A stretch of DNA of 64,000 nucleotides. Origin: Bacteroidaceae bacterium (GTDB lineage Bacteria > Bacteroidota > Bacteroidia > Bacteroidales > Bacteroidaceae). Position numbers and translations under genes: made by a program. Under the pieces are notes generated by a model. That model saw only the letters and a program-made list of their open reading frames with translations. It did no database searches and had not been told where the DNA came from. Positions 27,939 to 36,522 of the stretch are shown here, piece by piece (the stretch's first letter is position 1; each line of letters opens with the position of its first letter). The stretch is from the NCBI GenBank assembly GCA_017522915.1, contig JAFWXX010000044.1, positions 1,363 through 65,362 on the forward strand, given 5' to 3'.

Positions 27939-29615
27939 ATGAACTTGAAGAAATTTTTCGGTCTTGCCTTGTGTGGTGTAGTTGCTCTTATGGGCTCAAC
28001 AGCACAGGCACAGTCACTTTCTCCTTCAACAAAGTGGCATTGGGACAAGGGTACTATCGTAGTTGAAACACCGGAGCGTCCTGCAGGTCAGGAGCACGCT
28101 TTGAACCTTGCAGTAGCCCCAATCAAGACAGTTCGCGTTGCGTTCGTCGGTCTTGGTATGCGCGGTCCCGGCGCGGTAGTACGTTTCTGCCGTATCCCAG
28201 GCGTTGAGATTGTTGCTCTTTGCGACTACGAGTATGAGCGTGCAGAGAAGTGCCAGGAAGAGCTCCGCAAGCAGAATCTTATTCCTGCAGACATCTACTA
28301 TGGCGAGAAGGGTTATGAGGAACTTTGCAAGCGTCCTGATATCGACCTCGTTTATGTTGCCGCTGACTGGAACCACCACTATCCTGTAGCAAAGTGCGCT
28401 CTTGAGAACGGCAAGCACACAGCAATCGAGGTTCCTTCTGCAATGAACCTTGAGCAGTGCTGGAGCCTTATCGACCTCGCAGAGAAGACACGTCTTCACT
28501 GCTTCATCCTTGAGAACTGCTGCTACGACGACTATGAGATGAATGCTCTTGCAATGGCTCAGGACGGCGTATTCGGTGAGATTATCCGCGCCGAGGGTGC
28601 TTACATCCATAGCCTTGAGTGGTTCTGGGATGCATACTGGAAGGATCCAGCCGACAACGATGTTGACAACCTCCACTGGCGTCTGAAGTACAACAAGGAG
28701 AACCGTGGCGACCTTTACGCTACTCACGGCCTTGGCCCCGTTGCGCAGTGCCTCGACATTCACCGTGGCGACCGCTTCACAACATTGGTTGCAATGGATA
28801 CAGATCCTTTCTTCGGCAAGCAGCTTGTAAAGGAGAAGACTGGCAAGGAGTGCAAGGAGTTCCGCAATGGCGACCACACTACAACACTTATGCGTACAGC
28901 AAAGGGTAAGGTTGTCGAGATTCAGCACAACGTTATGACTCCTCAGCCATACAACCGCTTGTTCAAGCTCACTGGTACAAAGGGTTACGCTACAAAGTAT
29001 CCGGAGCCAAAGCTTGCCCTTTCAGGCGATGCTCTCAAGGATACAGGCGCACCTCAGGTTGACAACCTCAATGCTCACGGCTTCATGAGCGATGCACAGA
29101 AGGATGCCATGATGGCTAAGTACTACCACCCTATCCTCAAGAAGTATGTTGAGAAGGGTCGCGACCTCGGTCATGGCGGTATGGACTTCGTAATGGACTC
29201 TCGTCTTGTATATTGCTTGCAGAACGGTCTTCCGCTCGATATGGACGTATATGACTTGGCTGAGTGGTGCTGCTTGGCAGAGCTCGGTACATTGTCAATG
29301 GACAACAACTGCGCAGCTGTAACATTCCCCGACTTCACACGCGGTTACTGGGATGTTCAGAAGGGTTACAAGCATGCATACGCAACTCCTGAGGCAGAGG
29401 CTGCAACAGAGGCAGAGGCTGAGGCTTACAGCGCAGCTCAGAAGGCTGTTACTGTTCAGAAGAAGCTCTGGGATCTTTACGATGCTGTAAAGGCTGCAAA
29501 GGCTGCCGGCAATGCAAAGGCTGAGGCTAAGGCTCAGAAGAAGCTCGACGCTGCAAAGGCTGCTGCTGACAAGGCTATCGCAAAGGAGTTGAAGAAGGCT
29601 CTTGCTAAGAAGTAA
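27939..29615 (+). CDS. Gfo/Idh/MocA-fold glycoside hydrolase, GH109-like (alpha-N-acetylgalactosaminidase family), with Ala/Lys/Glu-rich C-terminal extension
   Basis: Signal peptide. Rossmann motif VRVAFVGLGMRG. GKHTAIEVPSA...ENCCYDDYE block typical of GH109. The last ~80 aa are low-complexity A/K/E. Confidence 0.75.
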   Translation: MNLKKFFGLALCGVVALMGSTAQAQSLSPSTKWHWDKGTIVVETPERPAGQEHALNLAVAPIKTVRVAFVGLGMRGPGAVVRFCRIPGVEIVALCDYEYERAEKCQEELRKQNLIPADIYYGEKGYEELCKRPDIDLVYVAADWNHHYPVAKCALENGKHTAIEVPSAMNLEQCWSLIDLAEKTRLHCFILENCCYDDYEMNALAMAQDGVFGEIIRAEGAYIHSLEWFWDAYWKDPADNDVDNLHWRLKYNKENRGDLYATHGLGPVAQCLDIHRGDRFTTLVAMDTDPFFGKQLVKEKTGKECKEFRNGDHTTTLMRTAKGKVVEIQHNVMTPQPYNRLFKLTGTKGYATKYPEPKLALSGDALKDTGAPQVDNLNAHGFMSDAQKDAMMAKYYHPILKKYVEKGRDLGHGGMDFVMDSRLVYCLQNGLPLDMDVYDLAEWCCLAELGTLSMDNNCAAVTFPDFTRGYWDVQKGYKHAYATPEAEAATEAEAEAYSAAQKAVTVQKKLWDLYDAVKAAKAAGNAKAEAKAQKKLDAAKAAADKAIAKELKKALAKK

Positions 29616-29636
29616 TAAGCATTTAAGGCTATAAAA

Positions 29637-29674
29637 AGACGAGGTGCTAGCATTGTAGTGCCTCGTCTTTTTTG
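29637..29674 (+). terminator. Rho-independent terminator after GH109-like gene
   Basis: GACGAGG/CCTCGTC stem extended by A/T pairs, followed by TTTTTTG. Confidence 0.75.
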
Positions 29675-29842
29675 TTTAACACAGCGGAGGAGTATGAGCT
29701 CTGCAGTGGCGGATGCGGTTCCTATGGGCAAATATCCCTGCTGGCTTTACAAAAATTTGTAAAATTCCATTAATTGTTTGCAAAATAGCAGAAAGGCATT
29801 GTGCATTTTTGCGATTATTTTAGGATAATTGAAGTTTCTTTG

Positions 29843-29850
29843 TAAATTTG
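29843..29850 (+). promoter_or_regulatory. -7 promoter box (TAnnTTTG) for aro operon
   Basis: TAAATTTG 34 nt upstream of ATG 29884. Confidence 0.5.
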
Positions 29851-29883
29851 CAATTCACAAGATTAAGAATAGAAAACTATATT

Positions 29884-30897
29884 ATGATAGCAGTACTTAA
29901 ACATGGAGTAACAAAGGCACAGCAGGATAACCTTATCCATTGGCTGGAGTCGCAGGGTGTCAGGGTGCATGTGTCCGAGGGCGAGATGCAGACTGTCATC
30001 GGCCTCATCGGTGATACCCGAAAGATAGATATGGACCTGCTTGCCGGCCTTGAGATAATCGACCATGTAACACGCGTTACCGACCCGTTCAAGAGCGCGA
30101 ACCGCAGCTTCCACCCTGAAGATACGGTAGTAACCGTAGGCGAGGGCGATAACCAGGTTAAAATCGGTGGCGGCAACTTTGCAATAATGGCAGGCCCTTG
30201 TTCGGTAGAGAGCGAGGAGCAGATACTTGCCGTTGCGCATGCAGTAAAGGCTTCGGGTGCGAAGATTCTTCGCGGAGGTGCCTTCAAGCCGCGCACATCG
30301 CCCTATGATTTCCAGGGACTGCGTGCCGAAGGCCTTCAGCTGCTTCTGAAGGCGCGTGAGGCAACAGGCTTGCCTATCGTTACAGAGATAATGTCGGCTT
30401 CGCACCTCGACCTCTTCTCCGATGTGGATATAATACAGGTCGGTGCGCGCAATATGCAGAACTTTGAGCTTCTTAAGGAGCTTGGTCGCAGCAACAAGCC
30501 AATCCTGCTGAAGCGCGGTCTTTCGGCAACGCTGAAGGAGCTGCTCATGAGTGCCGAGTACATCATGTCCGAGGGCAATGAGCAGATAATCCTCTGCGAG
30601 CGCGGAATCCGCAGCTACGACAACTATACACGTAATGTGCTCGACCTTGCTGCCATTCCTGTTCTGCAGGGCCTTACACACCTTCCTATTGTCGTTGACC
30701 CCAGTCATGCGACAGGCGTCTCACGTCTTGTGCGTCCGATGGCATGCGCTGCAACGGCTGCCGGTGCCGACGGACTTATCATCGAGGTCCACAACAACCC
30801 GGTATGCGCTCTTTGCGACGGTGCGCAGTCGCTCACTCCGGAGCAGTTCGACGAGGTGGCACAGCGTGTCCGTGAGATACGCGGCATAATACACTAA
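29884..30897 (+). CDS. aroF: 3-deoxy-7-phosphoheptulonate (DAHP) synthase, type I-beta with N-terminal ferredoxin-like domain
   Basis: Start chosen at MIAVLKHG. Core motifs AGPCSVES, LRGGAFKPRTSPY, VDPSH. Confidence 0.9.
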   Translation: MIAVLKHGVTKAQQDNLIHWLESQGVRVHVSEGEMQTVIGLIGDTRKIDMDLLAGLEIIDHVTRVTDPFKSANRSFHPEDTVVTVGEGDNQVKIGGGNFAIMAGPCSVESEEQILAVAHAVKASGAKILRGGAFKPRTSPYDFQGLRAEGLQLLLKAREATGLPIVTEIMSASHLDLFSDVDIIQVGARNMQNFELLKELGRSNKPILLKRGLSATLKELLMSAEYIMSEGNEQIILCERGIRSYDNYTRNVLDLAAIPVLQGLTHLPIVVDPSHATGVSRLVRPMACAATAAGADGLIIEVHNNPVCALCDGAQSLTPEQFDEVAQRVREIRGIIH

Positions 30898-30900
30898 GAT

Positions 30901-31731
30901 ATGACGGTAGGAATTGTCGGTCTTGGTCTTATAGGAGGTTCGGCAGCCAAAGCATTCAAGGCTGCCGGCTACACTATACTATCCTATGATATAGACAAAA
31001 GCATAACCGGCTTCGCCTCCCTTGAAGGCACAGTCGATGCGGAACTATCTTCGGCCAATATTGCATTGTGCGACCTTATTCTCCTGACAGCTACGCCAAA
31101 GGCTGTTGCCGGTTATCTTAAGGATAATGCAAGGCATATTCCTGAACATGCTCTGGTCATCGACTTCTGCGGAACAAAGCAGATGATATGCGATCTGGGC
31201 TTTGCGCTTGCAGCAGAGCATGGGTTCACCTTTGTAGGCGGTCACCCTATGGCAGGTCTGCAGTATTCGGGCTACAAGTATTCAAAACCGTCGCTCTTTA
31301 ACGGAGCGTCGTTCATAATCGTTCCGCCTGTACACGACGATATCGCTCTTCTCGACAGGGTGAAACAGGCTCTGATGCCTCTCGGCTTCAAGAAGTACGT
31401 TGTTACGAATGCCGATTTCCACGACCGCATGATTGCATACACGTCGCAGATGTGCCACGTGGTGTCCAACGCTTTCATCAAGAGCCCGTCGGCAAAGTTC
31501 CATAGGGGCTACAGTGCCGGCAGTTTCCGCGATTTCACACGCGTGTCGCGCCTGAACGAGAACATGTGGACCGAACTGTTTATAGAAAACAAGAGTCATC
31601 TTCTGCAGGAACTCGACCTGCTCATAAGCTCGCTTGCCGAGTATCGTGAAGCTATTGCAGCCGAGGATTCCGAATCGTTGTGCAGGCTGTTGCGTGACGG
31701 TCGCATAGCAAAGGAGGATGCCGAAAAATAA
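30901..31731 (+). CDS. tyrA: prephenate dehydrogenase
   Basis: 276 aa. VGIVGLGLIGGS Rossmann motif and GGHPMAG motif. Confidence 0.88.
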   Translation: MTVGIVGLGLIGGSAAKAFKAAGYTILSYDIDKSITGFASLEGTVDAELSSANIALCDLILLTATPKAVAGYLKDNARHIPEHALVIDFCGTKQMICDLGFALAAEHGFTFVGGHPMAGLQYSGYKYSKPSLFNGASFIIVPPVHDDIALLDRVKQALMPLGFKKYVVTNADFHDRMIAYTSQMCHVVSNAFIKSPSAKFHRGYSAGSFRDFTRVSRLNENMWTELFIENKSHLLQELDLLISSLAEYREAIAAEDSESLCRLLRDGRIAKEDAEK

Positions 31732-32783
31732 TGACAATGCAATACAGGACAATAGCCGTTGAGGCTTCAAGAAGCTATAATATACATATAGGGGCAGGGC
31801 TCCTCTCGTCGATAGGCGATATGATACGCCCGGCAGTGGGCTGCTGCCGTCTTGCCGTGCTCACCGACAGCAATGTCGAATCGCTGTACGGCAATTCCAT
31901 TATGGATAATCTCCGTTCGGCAGGCTACGAGGCATGCAAGTTCGTCATTCCGGCAGGCGAAGCATCGAAATGTGCCGAGAATCTTCTTGCTTTCCTTAAC
32001 TTTCTTGCTGCAGAACGGCTCACGCGCAGCGATGCTGTCGTAGCTTTCGGCGGTGGAGTAGTGGGCGACCTTGGCGGCCTTTCGGCATCGCTCTACCTGC
32101 GTGGAGTAAAGTATATTCAGGTGCCTACAACACTGCTTGCCGCTGTTGACAGCTCTGTCGGCGGCAAGACTGCAATAGACATACCGGCAGGAAAGAATCT
32201 TGTAGGCAGCTTCTACCAGCCGTCGATGGTATGCTGCGATACTGCGCTTATGGATACTCTCCCGGCCGAGATCTACCGTGACGGCTGTGCCGAGGTCATA
32301 AAATACGGTGTCATACTCGATGCAGCTCTCTATCGTCTTCTGCACGATGTGCCTTTCGAAAGGGAAAGCGTGGTTGCACGTTGCGTTGAGATAAAGCGTG
32401 ACGTAGTTCAGCAGGACGAGTTCGACAACGGCATACGCGGTCTGCTCAATTTCGGGCATACTTTCGGGCATGCAATAGAGAAACTGAGCGACTTCGGTGT
32501 GTCACATGGCGCGGCAGTAGCCAAAGGCATGGTAATCGCAGCTAAGGTCGCTCCTCTATGTGGCCTTTGCGACATTGTCGAGGAACTCTCCTCCCTGCTT
32601 GTGCGTTACGGCTTTGATATCAGCTGTCCGTACAGCGCAAGTGAGATATATAATGCCCTTTTGTCGGACAAGAAACGCCGTGGCGGTACTATTTCCGTTG
32701 TCCTGCCGCGTGCCATAGGCGATTGTACGCTTGTTGATTTGCCGGTAGAAGAACTTGAAACGTTGCTCGAAAAAGTTATATAA
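31731..32783 (+). CDS. aroB: 3-dehydroquinate synthase
   Basis: 350 aa. GGGVVGDLGG motif, GKNLVGSFYQP, LNFGHTFGHAIE metal site. Confidence 0.93.
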   Translation: MTMQYRTIAVEASRSYNIHIGAGLLSSIGDMIRPAVGCCRLAVLTDSNVESLYGNSIMDNLRSAGYEACKFVIPAGEASKCAENLLAFLNFLAAERLTRSDAVVAFGGGVVGDLGGLSASLYLRGVKYIQVPTTLLAAVDSSVGGKTAIDIPAGKNLVGSFYQPSMVCCDTALMDTLPAEIYRDGCAEVIKYGVILDAALYRLLHDVPFERESVVARCVEIKRDVVQQDEFDNGIRGLLNFGHTFGHAIEKLSDFGVSHGAAVAKGMVIAAKVAPLCGLCDIVEELSSLLVRYGFDISCPYSASEIYNALLSDKKRRGGTISVVLPRAIGDCTLVDLPVEELETLLEKVI

Positions 32784-34040
32784 ATGATAAAGAAAGTTCA
32801 TGGAGTGCTTAATGGCGAGGTTGTTCCTCCGCCGTCGAAGTCAAGGGCGCACCGTCTCCTTATTTGTGCAGCTCTTGGAAAAGAGCCATGCACTATCGTA
32901 TGCAGCAGTGTAAATGACGATATAATTGCCACAATGCGCTGTCTTAACGCTTTGGGTGCGTCCATAACCTATTCGTCGGGTGTGTTCAACGTCAATCCCG
33001 TCAAGGTGGTAAAAGGCGGCACACTCGACTGCGGAGAGAGCGGCTCGACACTCCGTTTTCTCGTTTCGGTAGCGGCAGTCCTTGGTGCCGATGCGACATT
33101 CGTCGGTTCGGGAAAGCTTCCGCAACGTCCTATGGGAGCTTTGACCGATGTGCTTGCCGAGCATGGCATCTCTTTTACGCGCCTTGCAGCTGATGAGCTG
33201 CCTGTAAGCTGCCGGGGTGAGCTTCGTGGCGGCAAATACATTTTGCCGGGCAATATATCGTCGCAGTACCTTACCGGTCTGCTTTTCGCTCTGCCTCTTG
33301 CAAATGATGACAGCGAAATAGAGATTGTAGGCGGCTTTACAAGTGCCTCTTATGTCGCAATGACTCTTGATGCCCTTGCAACGGCCGGCATAAGCATAGA
33401 ACATAAAGGAAATATATTCAGGATAAAAGGCAACCGGCAGTATCGTATGCCATCGGACCTGATTGTCGAGGGCGACTGGTCGTCTGCGGCCTTTTGGGTT
33501 GTTGCCGGTGTCGTAGGGGCGAAGCCTGTTACGGTATGCGGCATGAACGAGGAGTCGTTGCAGGGCGACAGTGCAATTGTAACGCATCTCCGCAATATGG
33601 GAGCATTCATCGAGAAGCAAGGCGACAGGGTAATTGCCATGCCCTCGCACCTCTTCGGTGCCGAACTCGACTGTACCGATACCCCTGACCTTGTGCCGGT
33701 CCTCTCCGTTGCAGCCGCTGTGGCGCAGGGCACTACACTCTTTACCGGTGTAGGGCGTCTCCGCTTCAAGGAGTGCGACCGTCTTGCCGCAATGAAAGAG
33801 TTGCTTGCTCTCTATGGCATCTCGTCGCAGATAGGCGAGGATACCTTTACTGTCTTTGGCGGTGAGCCTGTGGCGAGCGGCGTTGTCGATAGCTGCGGTG
33901 ATCACCGCATAGCTATGGCAGCAGCCATAATATCAACTGTGTCGAGAGGTGTTACGGCTATCGACGGAGCCTCATGCGTGGCAAAGTCATACCCTGCCTT
34001 CTTCGACGATTTTGCTTCACTCGGAGGATCGGTGGAATAA
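32784..34040 (+). CDS. aroA: 3-phosphoshikimate 1-carboxyvinyltransferase (EPSP synthase)
   Basis: 418 aa. PPSKSRAHR N-terminal motif, LDCGESGSTLRF, KECDRL, DHRIAMA. Confidence 0.92.
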   Translation: MIKKVHGVLNGEVVPPPSKSRAHRLLICAALGKEPCTIVCSSVNDDIIATMRCLNALGASITYSSGVFNVNPVKVVKGGTLDCGESGSTLRFLVSVAAVLGADATFVGSGKLPQRPMGALTDVLAEHGISFTRLAADELPVSCRGELRGGKYILPGNISSQYLTGLLFALPLANDDSEIEIVGGFTSASYVAMTLDALATAGISIEHKGNIFRIKGNRQYRMPSDLIVEGDWSSAAFWVVAGVVGAKPVTVCGMNEESLQGDSAIVTHLRNMGAFIEKQGDRVIAMPSHLFGAELDCTDTPDLVPVLSVAAAVAQGTTLFTGVGRLRFKECDRLAAMKELLALYGISSQIGEDTFTVFGGEPVASGVVDSCGDHRIAMAAAIISTVSRGVTAIDGASCVAKSYPAFFDDFASLGGSVE

Positions 34041-34066
34041 TAGAATTATATAAAAAATATACAAAT

Positions 34067-35209
34067 ATGGATTTAGACAAACTACGTCAGGAAATTGATG
34101 AGATAGATACCCAGATGTGCGACCTTTTCGCGCGTCGCATGCAGGTAGTGTCAGGTATCGGAAAATACAAGAAAGAGAATAACCTCCCGGTGTATCACCC
34201 CTCACGCGCACGCGCCGTGCTACATAATGTATCAAAGCGTCTCGGCCCCGAATTCGAGGGCTACGGCCGTACATTGTACCGCACTATCTTCGACCTCAGC
34301 GAGTCATACGAGACACGTATGCTTTCCGAGGGCAGCGAGTTCTTCACATATTTCAAGAACATAGCATCGGTGCCGCCCCAGCCGTTCCCTAAGCGTGCTT
34401 CCGTAGCATGTGCCGGCTGCGAGGGCTCATACGCACACCTTGCTTCAGAGCGTCTTTTCGACCTTCCTGAGATAATGTACATGAGCAACTTCGAAGGAGT
34501 CTTCAAGGCAGTCAACAGCGGTTTGTGCGAGTTCGGTGTCCTTCCCATTGAGAACTCTCTCGCCGGCTCCGTGAATGCCATATACGACCTTCTCTCCGAA
34601 TACAACGTAAGCATCGTACGTTCGGCACGTCTTAAGGTCGATCACGCGCTTCTCTCTGTTCCTGGCACCAAGCTTGAGGATATCCGTGAAATATATTCAC
34701 ACCAGCAGGCAATAAACCAGTGTTCCGATTTTCTCAATACCTTGAAGAACGTACGTGTAATCGCTTGTGAGAATACAGCCGAGGCTGCACGTATGGTGGC
34801 TCAAGGCGGTGACCCGACAAAAGCATCACTCTCTTCGCGCCTATGCGCCGAACTCTACCAGATGCAGGTTCTCAAATCGGCAATACAGAACCGCGACAAC
34901 AACTATACCCGTTTCATCTGCATTGCCAAAGAGCCTAAAATATATTCAGGAGCCGACCGTACAAGTGTCATGATAAATATCCCTAACCGTCCCGGAACAC
35001 TCTTCCGCATCATGTCACGTTTCAATGCGACCGGTGTCAACCTCGTAAAGCTGGAGAGCCGTCAGATACCCGAACGCGAATTCGAATACCGATTCTATTT
35101 CGATATCGAAGCATCCGTCTATAGCGACGAGTTCCTCTCCCTTATGTGCGAGCTTCATGAGTGTGGGGAGCAGTTCAAGTATTTTGGGACGTATGCCGAA
35201 ATAATATAA
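34067..35209 (+). CDS. pheA: bifunctional chorismate mutase / prephenate dehydratase
   Basis: Start chosen at MDLDKLRQEIDEIDTQM (CM_2 helix). PDT core (GVLPIENSLAGSV, TRF). C-terminal ACT-like domain. Confidence 0.9.
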   Translation: MDLDKLRQEIDEIDTQMCDLFARRMQVVSGIGKYKKENNLPVYHPSRARAVLHNVSKRLGPEFEGYGRTLYRTIFDLSESYETRMLSEGSEFFTYFKNIASVPPQPFPKRASVACAGCEGSYAHLASERLFDLPEIMYMSNFEGVFKAVNSGLCEFGVLPIENSLAGSVNAIYDLLSEYNVSIVRSARLKVDHALLSVPGTKLEDIREIYSHQQAINQCSDFLNTLKNVRVIACENTAEAARMVAQGGDPTKASLSSRLCAELYQMQVLKSAIQNRDNNYTRFICIAKEPKIYSGADRTSVMINIPNRPGTLFRIMSRFNATGVNLVKLESRQIPEREFEYRFYFDIEASVYSDEFLSLMCELHECGEQFKYFGTYAEII

Positions 35210-35225
35210 AATTATTGTCTAAATT

Positions 35226-35381
35226 GGTGATAACTGCGTTACGCTTGGTTTTGTAAACAGTCATTTAGGTTTACTAAACTCCTGTTTCCAAAACCGTCGC
35301 AAGCCTTGTTCTCCCCAATTTATACTAATAATTTGCGTTGGAATAATGGCGATAACTGCGAAAGGTGCGATAGCTGCGTTA
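35226..35381 (+). repeat. three copies of a ~16-nt motif GGYGATARCTGCG(TTA/AAA) in the pheA-downstream spacer
   Basis: GGTGATAACTGCGTTA at 35226-35241, GGCGATAACTGCGAAA at 35348-35363, GCGATAGCTGCGTTA at 35367-35381. Confidence 0.6.
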
Positions 35382-35493
35382 TAATGCAATAAATATACTG
35401 CGAATACGTTATACGTTTGTTGTTTGGCTGTTGCTGATTATCGGCTGTGGTTAAGCAACAAACGTAAATTGTTTCTTGCAAATCCTTTATTAT

Positions 35494-36078
35494 ATGAGTC
35501 CAAATGTTGCTGCTATAGTCAAATGGAGCATACTTTTTTTATGTTGGTTGCTTTTCTCACCGTTGTTCTACTGGCTTGCTGGTAAGTGGGGTATGGTAAG
35601 CAGAACAAGACGTATATGGCTGTCGATCTTTTCGCCAAATATGATAATACTCTTTTGCCTGTTGCTTCTGCTGATTGTCCTGTTTGTGGTATATATGGCT
35701 ATGCTTTACAATAGCTTGGATAGGGTATATATCTATGAAGATTCTGAAAGATTGAAGAGGATAACAGGTGTGGCATTTCCGGAATTCAAACTTATGGAAT
35801 ATGAAAAGGGTGAGACTAATTTCTTGGGTGATTACGAGGATAAATTCATTCTTGAAATGGAAGAGGAACTTTCAGAAGCAACATATCACCATCTTGACAG
35901 CATAATAGAGTGTGGTGATGCTCATTGGGGCAAGGATGGCAAAAGGTATTGGTACAGGAATATCTGGGGCAATGGCGAACCGACACCCGAAGGTGAGGAC
36001 TCAAAATATGACCGTTTCCTGGAAATCGATTTCGAGAAAGGAAACCGCATTGTAAATCTACGTTGGGGTATTTGGTAA
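35494..36078 (+). CDS. hypothetical membrane protein (two or three N-terminal TM helices plus a soluble W/G/E-rich domain), low-GC
   Basis: ORF with ATG at 35494 (the track starts at TTG 35476). Hydrophobic N-terminus. The C-terminal domain has no motif I can assign. Confidence 0.55.
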   Translation: MSPNVAAIVKWSILFLCWLLFSPLFYWLAGKWGMVSRTRRIWLSIFSPNMIILFCLLLLLIVLFVVYMAMLYNSLDRVYIYEDSERLKRITGVAFPEFKLMEYEKGETNFLGDYEDKFILEMEEELSEATYHHLDSIIECGDAHWGKDGKRYWYRNIWGNGEPTPEGEDSKYDRFLEIDFEKGNRIVNLRWGIW

Positions 36079-36093
36079 TAAAAGAATGAAAAT

Positions 36094-36522
36094 ATGAAAA
36101 AGATACTGGTAATAAATGGTCCAAACCTCAACCTCTTGGGTTTGCGTGAACCCGCGCTTTATGGGGCGCAGAATTTTGAAACCCTGCAAGCTTCAATACG
36201 TGAGTGGGCTGCTGGCCTCGCTCTTGAGGTCGAACTCTTCCAGTCGAATCATGAGGGTGTTATTGTCGACAAGATACAGGCTGCATATGGTGTGTTCGAC
36301 GGCATACTGATAAACCCTGCAGCATACACCCATACAAGCGTTGCAATACTCGATGCACTCAAGGCTGTAGCCTTGCCGGTAGTGGAGGTGCACCTTACCG
36401 ATATATCTACGCGTGAAGAGTTCCGCCGTTTCTCTTTTGTGTCGCTATGTGCAAACAAGACTATATGCGGAAAGGGATTTGACGGCTATAAAGAGGGCCT
36501 TGAGTATCTCGCAGCATTATGA
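36094..36522 (+). CDS. aroQ: type II 3-dehydroquinate dehydratase
   Basis: 142 aa. ILVINGPNLNLLGLREPALYG and SNHEG motifs. Confidence 0.95.
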   Translation: MKKILVINGPNLNLLGLREPALYGAQNFETLQASIREWAAGLALEVELFQSNHEGVIVDKIQAAYGVFDGILINPAAYTHTSVAILDALKAVALPVVEVHLTDISTREEFRRFSFVSLCANKTICGKGFDGYKEGLEYLAAL

